Below the pieces are notes generated by a model that made no database searches, was not told the origin of the DNA, and saw nothing but the letters and a program-made list of their open reading frames with translations. A stretch of 26,764 nucleotides of DNA from a virus, in the IMG/VR virus record IMGVR_UViG_3300003309_000010, positions 84,391-111,154 of that record. One strand, given 5' to 3'. Positions within the stretch are counted from its first letter, which is position 1; every line of letters begins with the position of its first letter. Below, piece after piece: positions 1 to 7,987 of this stretch. Position numbers and translations under genes: made by a program.

Positions 1-60
1 CAGCAGCAAGCTGGTCCTGGCCAGAATCAGGCGTTCCAGAATCTTCCGAAATACTACTAA
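1..60 (+). CDS. 3' end of an upstream gene (QQQAGPGQNQAFQNLPKYY*); identity unknown, possibly chimallin by synteny
   Basis: Frame 1 is open from the window edge to TAA at 58-60, followed by a strong hairpin. Only 19 codons are visible. Confidence 0.45.
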   Translation, partial: QQQAGPGQNQAFQNLPKYY

Positions 61-78
61 CCTACCCAACATTGGGGC

Positions 79-109
79 TAAGGGGGTGGCTACAGCCACC
101 CCCTTATTT
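79..109 (+). terminator. Intrinsic terminator-like hairpin
   Basis: 12-bp stem TAAGGGGGTGGC / GCCACCCCCTTA, loop TACA, then TTT, directly after a stop codon. Confidence 0.7.
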
Positions 110-126
110 AACCATTGGAGTTTTTT

Positions 127-357
127 ATGCCGAATGAAATTATGCGTAACACTTGGCTACCCATTGGTCCAAATTCCAACATGGCGATGCCGGACACTAG
201 AGGAATGAATTTACCTAATGGGGTACTCATGTTACACAAGGATGGTTCTGGAGCTGCGGCGATGACGTATGTACCAGATGTTGTTCTGTTGGATCCTGAG
301 GAAAAGAACACCTCTTCGTCAGTGTTTCAATTTCATCCACTCGACAAATCGAGTTAA
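127..357 (+). CDS. Small hypothetical protein (76 aa)
   Basis: GGAG at 117-120 precedes ATG 127, and the ORF lies between two hairpins. Confidence 0.65.
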   Translation: MPNEIMRNTWLPIGPNSNMAMPDTRGMNLPNGVLMLHKDGSGAAAMTYVPDVVLLDPEEKNTSSSVFQFHPLDKSS

Positions 358-373
358 AGTTCGTAACGGACCC

Positions 374-405
374 AAAAAGAACGGCGACATCGCCGTTCTT
401 TTTTT
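374..405. terminator. Bidirectional terminator between convergent genes
   Basis: AAAAAGAACGGCGA-CA-TCGCCGTTCTTTTTTT, with an A-tract and a T-tract on either side. Confidence 0.85.
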
Positions 406-408
406 ACT

Positions 409-1926
409 CTATTTTGCTTCAGTAATGATTGCACTAGACAAAAACGTGCGTGATTGAAATGGTTTCATTCGGGTGGGTAGTTGTTTACCTACCTTCAATA
501 ATTCCGATCTACTCACCACGCCGTTACTGTCCATTTTAGGTAAATGTTCGGGTTTAAGGTCAGGATAACAATACCTCAATATTGAAGTAAATAACTTCCC
601 TTTACGAGTCAACGGTCTTATTAGACTTTCTGTGATTGAAGGTAAATCATCTCGTATTGCTAACACAAGATGGTACTCCTGTCTCTGATCCAAGTCATAA
701 TCCGACACAATTGTACCATCGCTATTCAACGTGTATCGTGAAGGGTCTAATGGTTTACCTTTACCACAAATGAATAAGGTAAATACACTAAGGAACCGAT
801 TAAACGCAATATCGTTATGCTCAAGCATGAAAGGGATGAGGTCTGGATGCAGCTGTATTCCTATGTCGGATGCTAGTGTGTTTAAATCTTGTATGAATCT
901 TGGCTGCTCAGGATCAACACACATGCGGACTTGCACCACCGGAACCACTTTCATATCTGCTAAATCGATATATCGATTATCAAATGGCGGATAAATGTAA
1001 CCATCCGTCCGTCGTATCTCACGATTGAATTTATCATGCATTTGGCCTGACAATCTTCCGTGTTGACTGCCATGCGTAAACCCAATTCGAGACGTTGCGT
1101 TTCTGTCGTAATGTTGATCAAAGTACGTCGGGCTAATCATGTTGCCGTGTATATAGATACTGTAATGGAACGTCAACATCGACGGCACATCCAATCGAAA
1201 TTCTAAGAGCAGTTCTGTCTCCCATCCGCCAGTATCAGTTCGCGTTATTTCCGGAATCTCTGAAGGTACAGAGACACCTATGTTGCGTAACACTTCCTTG
1301 AAAACTAACGTGCGTCCCTGATTATTGGGGTGGGGTTTCGCTTTGGCAGGTACCAACATGTGACTATAGAGGTACTCATCGACATCGTCGCCGTATCCCG
1401 CATTAAGCTCTCTAACCCGATGAAGTTCGCAGATGATGGTAGGGAAAGCAGGAGGGACCACGACCTCATAGGCACAATCTTCGCTGAATTGCAACATACC
1501 TGATATCACCCGATGTTGATACTGAGACAGCCATTGTTGGGCCTCACCCCGACTGCTTGCTGTATAGCGGATACGAAGTTCAACCTCTTTAGTTACTCTT
1601 CTTAAGTTAACGTATGAACTGATACTAGAGTCCGCCCAACACGGGACGACATTGTCGTTCGTGTGTTCTTGAGTGAACAATGTATTATTGTTCACTTTAA
1701 TGGTGGCAGTCGCCTCAAACCGGCTATCAGCGTTCAGATGAACTTGATCAACATCATCGCTACGGTACGTACCTACCGGATGTCTTTGGTTGGTATGATC
1801 CAAATAATGCAATTGTTCGGGGCAGTCTGCAAACCATGTTGAAGCGACCTGTTCCAACACTTTTCGAATAACAGGCCTAATAACCGTATCCTCTTGTGCG
1901 GGTACGGGGGCTTCGTAGTAACTCAT
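409..1926 (-). CDS. Putative phiKZ-like virion structural protein (505 aa)
   Basis: Long ORF with GAGGA RBS. The N-terminus (P..EDTVIRPVIRKVLEQV) resembles recalled phiKZ-family structural proteins, and a TTATGTTA late-promoter-like motif lies upstream. Function is tentative. Confidence 0.55.
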   Translation of the reverse strand: MSYYEAPVPAQEDTVIRPVIRKVLEQVASTWFADCPEQLHYLDHTNQRHPVGTYRSDDVDQVHLNADSRFEATATIKVNNNTLFTQEHTNDNVVPCWADSSISSYVNLRRVTKEVELRIRYTASSRGEAQQWLSQYQHRVISGMLQFSEDCAYEVVVPPAFPTIICELHRVRELNAGYGDDVDEYLYSHMLVPAKAKPHPNNQGRTLVFKEVLRNIGVSVPSEIPEITRTDTGGWETELLLEFRLDVPSMLTFHYSIYIHGNMISPTYFDQHYDRNATSRIGFTHGSQHGRLSGQMHDKFNREIRRTDGYIYPPFDNRYIDLADMKVVPVVQVRMCVDPEQPRFIQDLNTLASDIGIQLHPDLIPFMLEHNDIAFNRFLSVFTLFICGKGKPLDPSRYTLNSDGTIVSDYDLDQRQEYHLVLAIRDDLPSITESLIRPLTRKGKLFTSILRYCYPDLKPEHLPKMDSNGVVSRSELLKVGKQLPTRMKPFQSRTFLSSAIITEAK

Positions 1927-1952
1927 TTTACTGTCCTCTTCTTATGACGGAA

Positions 1953-1960
1953 TAACATAA
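1953..1960 (-). promoter_or_regulatory. Candidate late promoter (TTATGTTA, TATG core)
   Basis: phiKZ late promoters have a TATG core. The same 8-mer occurs upstream of the gp119-like/capsid operon (25411-25418, minus strand). Confidence 0.4.
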
Positions 1961-1964
1961 AACG

Positions 1965-2008
1965 TTCGCGCTCTGTAATAGTTGACGGATATATTATAAG
2001 AATGACTT
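1965..2008 (+). promoter_or_regulatory. Candidate early promoter of the nvRNAP beta' gene
   Basis: TTCGCGCTcTGTA...TATTATAagAATGACTT, closely matched at 16692-16733 upstream of another nvRNAP gene. Confidence 0.6.
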
Positions 2009-2029
2009 GACTCAATAGAGGAGCAAACC

Positions 2030-3640
2030 ATGTCAGATAACAGCGATATAGATACCGGATTCATAACAGGTATCGATCAGATGTTACCGCCCAAACTTGA
2101 CTTGTCGAAAATTAAGCCTCCCGATAACGGAATAGTGGGGACTTATATTTCTATCGACAACGATTTTGAGCAGTCGTCTTATCGTCGCTACATTCAAGAA
2201 TTACTCGAATTTGATGGGGTGAGTCTCAAGGATGCCCTATACACCATTTTACCAGCAGGAGGTAAATTAAACGGATACCCAAGTTGCCCATGTGGTTATA
2301 CCAAGTTCGGTATCAACCAAATAGCCGATGCGTCAGTTAAGTGTATCAAATGCCATCAACCGGTTACCGACCCCGCTGAAGGTAAATTGGAGACTATGTT
2401 GTGGCTACATAGACCGGTGGGTATCAAGCGGTTTATCAACCCTAAGATATTTATCGACCTACAGTCGCTGACTAGCGAGGCCGCGTATAAAAACTTCGAC
2501 CCATGGCGATTCTTAACCGACCCCACGTACAAACCGACCCCGGCAGGTTTGGAATCTAAGCTGTATCTGAACATGGAGATGTGGGTAAGCGACGGGGTGC
2601 AGCGTGGGTATAACTACTTTGCTGATCATCTCAGGGAACTCATCACACGTGTATTGGATGAAATTCCAAAACATGTTAAGACGGTGAAAGCCGACTGGTT
2701 AGTGAAGAAAAGAGACATGTTGGTTATTTTGGAGTACAGCGACGACTATCTCTTTTCTGACGTACTCCCTATTCTCAATCAATTAATTTTACAGATTGAG
2801 AAAGTGGGCGAAACGTACATGAAAGCGGATACCACGGAGGTGTACGGGAAAGCCGTTACTACGGTGATTGGATTACCGTTCCGGGAAGGCAGCGTTGAAC
2901 TGACGCCGAAAGTACTCACCACTGCTGAGAAAGAAGTGTCCAAAATGGCATGGCTAATGGCCGACTTCTATATTCAAACGGTGAAGATTGAGGGTCAAAA
3001 AGAAGGGGTACTTAAGTCGGATTTATTCGGTCAGCGCGGAGATTACACCTATCGGGGCGTGGTGGTATCCATTCAGGAACCACATTATGCGGATGAGTGT
3101 CACATCCCGTGGGCGTTTGGCATCATTCTGCTAACACCTTTTCTGATACCAAGGCTGACTAAGTTGGGATTCTCTTTCCCGGAAGCCGTAGGTTTCATTG
3201 AAGAACACACGTTAACGTACCACCCCATCTTGGACAATTTGATGCAAGAGGTCATCAGAGAGTTCAAGAACGGTGTTGCGTTAGGACCAACAGAGCGCGG
3301 GTTGGATGGGATACCTACCTACACCATACGTTATCCATTCTTGGAAGTACATTCAGGGCAGTTACTGACCATCACTAAAGTCAAGAAAGACCCTAATGAT
3401 AGGTCAATCGCTATATCTGCATTGGGTCAACCTGGCTGGCGTGGAGACCATGACGGCGATGAGTTCTCGGCTAACATTATTCGAGATCGTTACATCTACC
3501 AAACATTGAAATCCACACACATCACATCCAACACGATGGATTTAAACTCACCGTATACTTATGGTCGCGCAGCGGAGCTACCCGATCCTGTTACCCAAAT
3601 GTGGGTAGGGTATACTAAACTATTCAAACAAAGGAGGTAA
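2030..3640 (+). CDS. Non-virion RNA polymerase beta'-like catalytic subunit (phiKZ gp55-56.1-like)
   Basis: N-terminal Zn-binding CPCG...CIKC, LFGQRGDYTYRGVV (beta' GKRVDYSGRSVI-like), catalytic DxDGD loop (GDHDGDE), GAGGAG RBS. Confidence 0.92.
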   Translation: MSDNSDIDTGFITGIDQMLPPKLDLSKIKPPDNGIVGTYISIDNDFEQSSYRRYIQELLEFDGVSLKDALYTILPAGGKLNGYPSCPCGYTKFGINQIADASVKCIKCHQPVTDPAEGKLETMLWLHRPVGIKRFINPKIFIDLQSLTSEAAYKNFDPWRFLTDPTYKPTPAGLESKLYLNMEMWVSDGVQRGYNYFADHLRELITRVLDEIPKHVKTVKADWLVKKRDMLVILEYSDDYLFSDVLPILNQLILQIEKVGETYMKADTTEVYGKAVTTVIGLPFREGSVELTPKVLTTAEKEVSKMAWLMADFYIQTVKIEGQKEGVLKSDLFGQRGDYTYRGVVVSIQEPHYADECHIPWAFGIILLTPFLIPRLTKLGFSFPEAVGFIEEHTLTYHPILDNLMQEVIREFKNGVALGPTERGLDGIPTYTIRYPFLEVHSGQLLTITKVKKDPNDRSIAISALGQPGWRGDHDGDEFSANIIRDRYIYQTLKSTHITSNTMDLNSPYTYGRAAELPDPVTQMWVGYTKLFKQRR

Positions 3641-3641
3641 G

Positions 3642-4217
3642 ATGGATGCGTTCACTGCCGCTACGTCTTTTCTGCCGTCTGCGTCGGTATGCGAACACAT
3701 ACTCAGACAGCAAGATGTCTTCCGGCAACAGGTCGGTGAAGAGACATGGCAATCGTTTCAACATCAACAAACGCTGTTAGAAACACAAAGTCCGTCACTA
3801 ACTGTTCAGCAGATTGAAAGGCTCCGTATCGACCAACGAAATGTGTTGGACGAAAGAGCAATAGAAAGGATGCGCACTCCGTATCTACTGAAGACAGCCA
3901 GTGAGTTCAATCAGCCTCTCATCATGGCTAATCCTCTACTAGCTAATATGCATAAGTTGGGACAACTTGAGGGGTATGGTTTGGATGTCGACCCGACGCG
4001 CGCTAAACTGTTGCAAAACAGGATAGAGTCGGGCATGGTGATAGAAAGAGACGGCGTATTCGGTCACAGAGAGTACGCTGACTCTGCCGGAGACATGGAT
4101 GTGTACAATCACCTGACTATGTTGGAGAGACGAATTACCCAACAAAACCAGCGTACCGCAATATCATCTGTTTTAGATGATATTGATTTTAGTTCGACGG
4201 TGAGTTGGGGATTTTAA
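3642..4217 (+). CDS. Conserved phiKZ-like protein (gp59/Imp3-like by synteny)
   Basis: GGAGG RBS; directly follows the gp55-like gene; Q..IMANP...G.LEGY segment recalled from this family. Confidence 0.55.
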   Translation: MDAFTAATSFLPSASVCEHILRQQDVFRQQVGEETWQSFQHQQTLLETQSPSLTVQQIERLRIDQRNVLDERAIERMRTPYLLKTASEFNQPLIMANPLLANMHKLGQLEGYGLDVDPTRAKLLQNRIESGMVIERDGVFGHREYADSAGDMDVYNHLTMLERRITQQNQRTAISSVLDDIDFSSTVSWGF

Positions 4218-4239
4218 TGTAGGTTGTGGGTACACACCC

Positions 4240-4270
4240 CTCTTAATAACTATAGCGCAGTTATTAAGAG
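4240..4270 (+). promoter_or_regulatory. Hairpin covering the RBS region of the 4279 gene
   Basis: 12-bp perfect stem CTCTTAATAACT / AGTTATTAAGAG with loop ATAGCGC. The 3' arm contains the purine-rich AAGAG ahead of ATG 4279, and there is no U-tract. Confidence 0.55.
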
Positions 4271-4278
4271 AGTGGCCC

Positions 4279-4623
4279 ATGCAACCTGTTCTAACACTAC
4301 TAGGTAAAGTCGAAGACCCCGAAAGGGGTCTTAAACTTTTAGTCGAATATTATTTTAAGTGTGTAGAGACTGGCAAACAGTACCTAGGTGGACGCACTTT
4401 TTCTTTTGTTAAAGATTTGCAGGAAAAGAAACCCGAAGAGGCTATCAGAAATAGTCTAACGGAATTACTTCGTCAACACTTTGACGAAGTTGTCGAAATC
4501 GAAGTCACACAAATAGATACCCACATGAACATCAATATACACGTGATGGATGGGGGTGAAAGCATTGCGCTCGATCAGCTACATGAATCGATTGATCGAG
4601 TATTAATTGAAGGTGATAACTAA
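4279..4623 (+). CDS. Conserved phiKZ-like protein (gp61-like; possibly gp25-like baseplate fold)
   Basis: 114-aa ORF in the conserved block between the nvRNAP gene and SbcD; the fold is a guess. Confidence 0.55.
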   Translation: MQPVLTLLGKVEDPERGLKLLVEYYFKCVETGKQYLGGRTFSFVKDLQEKKPEEAIRNSLTELLRQHFDEVVEIEVTQIDTHMNINIHVMDGGESIALDQLHESIDRVLIEGDN

Positions 4624-4632
4624 GGAATAACC

Positions 4633-5232
4633 ATGAACGAAAACAATGAACATTCACAAGATAGTGAACGTACCCGAGGGTTAAGTCGTCAGTCTAGCGA
4701 ACTGGCGGACGAACTTAAAGGTATCATCGCCAAAGGTGTCGAACCTAACGAAGTGACGGAGCAGGAATTCGTCGAGACCTATTTACCGCAAGCTATCTTG
4801 TTTCACAACAAACAACCTTTTGATATGGGCTATTGGGTTGGTAAAGCAGGTTCTATCAACAATGGACTGCGAGTTACTAACGGGATGGGTGAAGTACTGT
4901 TTGAAACTCCACCTCTGGTTAATATGGCCAGTGTTCGAGTAGAGGCTGGGTTCAGCGACATGATCACAGCCGGACAAGATGCCGTGCGTCAGAATAAAGA
5001 CAGAGCGTTTGCTGAGTCTCAATTCCTGACCCAAGACACTGTCAAACTAAGCGCACCGGATACCAGTTCAAGAATTATCGCTTGGCATGGCATTTTTAAA
5101 CGCTATGGACACAACATAGTCGAAGTAGATGAGGGGGGCGAGGTCGCGTCAAATTCTACCGACGATGGTGCTAAAGTGGAGACTGCTGAGGTAGTCAAGA
5201 CTCCTCGCGGTGGCGTTGATGAGTTCCTCTAA
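4633..5232 (+). CDS. Conserved phiKZ-like hypothetical protein (gp62-like)
   Basis: AAGGA RBS; E..F...YLP...W...AG...G.VLF.TPPL pattern; position upstream of SbcD. Confidence 0.6.
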   Translation: MNENNEHSQDSERTRGLSRQSSELADELKGIIAKGVEPNEVTEQEFVETYLPQAILFHNKQPFDMGYWVGKAGSINNGLRVTNGMGEVLFETPPLVNMASVRVEAGFSDMITAGQDAVRQNKDRAFAESQFLTQDTVKLSAPDTSSRIIAWHGIFKRYGHNIVEVDEGGEVASNSTDDGAKVETAEVVKTPRGGVDEFL

Positions 5233-6367
5233 AAAGCCCATCAGAGCATTAGCGATTAGCGATTTACACCTCGGTGTAAATCGCTTGTCCCCTAACAGAA
5301 TGTATCGCTCTTTATTTACGGAGTTGTCGGTTAGGTTAACCAAAGATATCGACTACTGTTTTGTCACGGGCGATGTCTATGATAGACAGCTACGCACAGA
5401 CAGTCTTGAGTCTAAAACCGCCAACCAGTTCTGTTCTTTTTTATGTAGCGCTTGTGCGCGCAACCAAATAATCCTGATTGTATTAAATGGAACGACTAAC
5501 CACGACGGTAATCAGTCCGAAAATTTCGTACACATCAATGCCGGACTATCTGAACCGTGTGAACTCTATTATTGGGACAAAGTGAAAGTCCACAACATAA
5601 ACGGTATCACCTTTTTATCGGTACCAGACAACGCAGCGAGCACACACGCTGGAGTGCAGGAGAAAGTTTCCGCTGCACTGAGAGAAGCAGGTGTGGATAA
5701 AGTGGACATCTCGCTTACCCATGGGTTGTATGACAGCCATATGTTGGCCGGGTTCGGATTAGAGGCCCACAGTGCTGAGTTTTACTTAAGCATTACTCGA
5801 ACACTGATCGTTAACGGACACATCCACACCACATCCCGACATGAACACTTGCGAACTGTAGGGAGCTATGATTGTCATCGACAGGGCGAAGAGGAAGCCA
5901 AAGGTGGTTGGGAGTTTGTAATTGACACCGAAAAGTGTACGTTTGAAGAAACATTTTTTGAAAACCGTACTGCGTATCAGTTCAAGCGATTCGATATTTC
6001 AGAAAGCATCGAGGACATTGGTGAAGCTTACGAGTTCGTCACTAAAAAGTTGTCGGAGTTCAAAATACTACCCACCTGTTATATCACACTGGGGTATGTT
6101 GGTAAGTTAGACATGTCCGCGTTGTTGGAACGATTGAACGATAACTATCGGGGCGATGTCGTATTCAGCACAACGAAAAAGAAACCGCCAAAACACCAGT
6201 TTGAAGAAGACGACACGGAATTGATGGATTTATCTTTTTTAGTCAAAGACGTTACCCCCATAACCCCGGAAACTCATTGTGAACTAATCAGTGATTGGAT
6301 GTTACGAAATGGGACTCAGTACGACATTAAACACGAAACAATGTTGGAGGAGCTGATGGATGGATAA
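5219..6367 (+). CDS. sbcD: SbcD/Mre11-like metallophosphoesterase nuclease (phiKZ gp65-like)
   Basis: Motifs ISDLHLG, TGDVYD, GTTNHD, THG, NGHIH, VGS. Confidence 0.9.
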   Translation: MSSSKKPIRALAISDLHLGVNRLSPNRMYRSLFTELSVRLTKDIDYCFVTGDVYDRQLRTDSLESKTANQFCSFLCSACARNQIILIVLNGTTNHDGNQSENFVHINAGLSEPCELYYWDKVKVHNINGITFLSVPDNAASTHAGVQEKVSAALREAGVDKVDISLTHGLYDSHMLAGFGLEAHSAEFYLSITRTLIVNGHIHTTSRHEHLRTVGSYDCHRQGEEEAKGGWEFVIDTEKCTFEETFFENRTAYQFKRFDISESIEDIGEAYEFVTKKLSEFKILPTCYITLGYVGKLDMSALLERLNDNYRGDVVFSTTKKKPPKHQFEEDDTELMDLSFLVKDVTPITPETHCELISDWMLRNGTQYDIKHETMLEELMDG

Positions 6368-7136
6368 GTATGAGTTAGGCGAACATGGTTTGGTTATCCC
6401 ATTCGGTGCCATGTTCGAAAACGGTGACTTTGAAACATTACGTGGTTATCCTGTTGTCGTTAATGTTGGTACAGTGGTTCGTAATGTTATCTCCGCATGC
6501 ACTGGGAGCGAATCGTATTTGTTAGAAACGCTCCCGTTGCAGGTGGAAATGATGATGGATCTTTTGTCTTCTACATTTTCTACGCTCTACAATATGCGGG
6601 TCATCTATTATCGTTGTTTATACCAAGACGTGAAGTATGGTATCTTAGGGCAACCGATGAAACCCACGCAAAAAAGAGAGTTGTATAAGAAATGGATGGC
6701 AGTGGGAGTGGACAGCTTGGACAAAGCTGAACATGTCCATCTGATACAGGGTTCGTTGGAAGGACCTGACGACAACATTCCGGACAAAACGTGCATCATA
6801 ACGCACTACGCGCAAGATTTACTGCGACATCATCGATTCGATGAATTTCATTTGATTGAGAGTCACACAGGAGCCGTTAAACGCAATGTTGATTTCAACA
6901 GTAAACTAACACTAAAACCCGAACTAAAGAAGATCATACCGTTCAACAAGTTTACACAGCGCGTGTTCGGTGACGGAACACTGTATGGTCCATTGGATTT
7001 AGAAGTCCGGCGAAACATCATCGCGATTGCGGAAGGGACGGGTTGGACAAAGAGTACCCCTCTTAATCGTATTAATCATTTAATGAAGGCTAACAACCCT
7101 TCGTTAACCCACCTTATGCAGAAATTATTACGCTAA
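6360..7136 (+). CDS. Conserved phiKZ-like protein (gp66-like)
   Basis: GGAGG RBS, overlaps the SbcD stop; N..TVVRN, THY..DLL, LIESHTG, IPFN...RVFGD pattern. Confidence 0.65.
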   Translation: MDKYELGEHGLVIPFGAMFENGDFETLRGYPVVVNVGTVVRNVISACTGSESYLLETLPLQVEMMMDLLSSTFSTLYNMRVIYYRCLYQDVKYGILGQPMKPTQKRELYKKWMAVGVDSLDKAEHVHLIQGSLEGPDDNIPDKTCIITHYAQDLLRHHRFDEFHLIESHTGAVKRNVDFNSKLTLKPELKKIIPFNKFTQRVFGDGTLYGPLDLEVRRNIIAIAEGTGWTKSTPLNRINHLMKANNPSLTHLMQKLLR

Positions 7137-7185
7137 CACGTAATGTAATTTCTTTGTGTGAACACCACCAATTTAGGAAGAAAGC

Positions 7186-7827
7186 ATGTCAAAACAAGAA
7201 AGACCTTTTACGGATAAGCATTGGGATCTAATGCTTACCGGTGCCTGTAATGGTACAGAGTGGGACCCGAAAGGCGGGTTCGGTCCGGGACAAAAGCCGG
7301 GCGAAATCAGCTGGAGTATGTTGTGCGACCACGAGCAGATGGCTGACGGCAAAAAGTCATGGTACCATTCGCTGAGTTACACCGACTTTTTACGCATCAT
7401 TGTCGGACTGGAACAACTGGCTAACGATTTGGACTCAGGTGAAGTCGTTCGTGAATTTAAATTCCAATACTACAAAGACGGCAAAATGAACATGTCCGGG
7501 GTGAGTCTGCTTATCGGACGCGCGGCTAATGGCTACATTTATCTGAGTTGGCGCAATAAGAAAATTCCAAAAGTGGGTTTCTGGTTCCGCAGTGCAGGTA
7601 CTCGCATGGTCGCTTGTAACGGCGACAGTCAAGATGAAGATCCGAAAATCGACACTCGCGATTGTGTTCTGGCTCGGACTGAACACTGGCGTGCGCGTTA
7701 TCAGGATTGGGCTTCGCAAACTATCGTCAAGGACGACTATACTGGGTCGTCTGGTGGAAGCGGCAGCGGTAGTCAACAATCGTCGAATAATAACGATGTT
7801 GATTTTGACGACGACATCCCATTCTAA
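7186..7827 (+). CDS. Single-stranded nucleic-acid-binding protein, ChmC/phiKZ gp67-like, with SSB-type acidic tail
   Basis: Position before the gp68-like gene; aromatic/beta-rich core; G/S/N-rich disordered linker; ends DFDDDIPF. Confidence 0.7.
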   Translation: MSKQERPFTDKHWDLMLTGACNGTEWDPKGGFGPGQKPGEISWSMLCDHEQMADGKKSWYHSLSYTDFLRIIVGLEQLANDLDSGEVVREFKFQYYKDGKMNMSGVSLLIGRAANGYIYLSWRNKKIPKVGFWFRSAGTRMVACNGDSQDEDPKIDTRDCVLARTEHWRARYQDWASQTIVKDDYTGSSGGSGSGSQQSSNNNDVDFDDDIPF

Positions 7828-7839
7828 TTTTACTATTCT

Positions 7840-7867
7840 TAAGGAGGTGCCTTCTGGCACCTCCTTA
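7840..7867 (+). terminator. Terminator-like hairpin after the ChmC-like gene
   Basis: TAAGGAGGTGCC-TTCT-GGCACCTCCTTA, 12-bp stem; the U-tract is weak. Confidence 0.6.
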
Positions 7868-7940
7868 CTGTTCCGTTGTTTACACACAGAGCACACTAGC
7901 GAAACAACTCGCGTCCGTTGTATGCGTGTCGTTGGATTCG

Positions 7941-7954
7941 ACGACGATATTATA
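7941..7954 (+). promoter_or_regulatory. Candidate promoter core ACGACGATATTATA
   Basis: An identical 14-mer occurs at 16710-16723, upstream of the nvRNAP beta gene. Confidence 0.55.
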
Positions 7955-7987
7955 CCCATGTATCAACCTAATAATGGGAACGCACTA

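Noticed and set aside
7934-7957. GFDDDIIP peptide echoing the DFDDDIPF tail
   Set aside because: It lies upstream of the likely start and is explained by the ACGACGATATTATA promoter-like motif, which also occurs at 16710; probably coincidental.
7592-7987. N-terminal extension of the 431-aa ORF in the track
   Set aside because: It overlaps the ChmC-like gene and crosses a terminator hairpin and a promoter motif. Similarity to gp68 begins at MKLE (7988).
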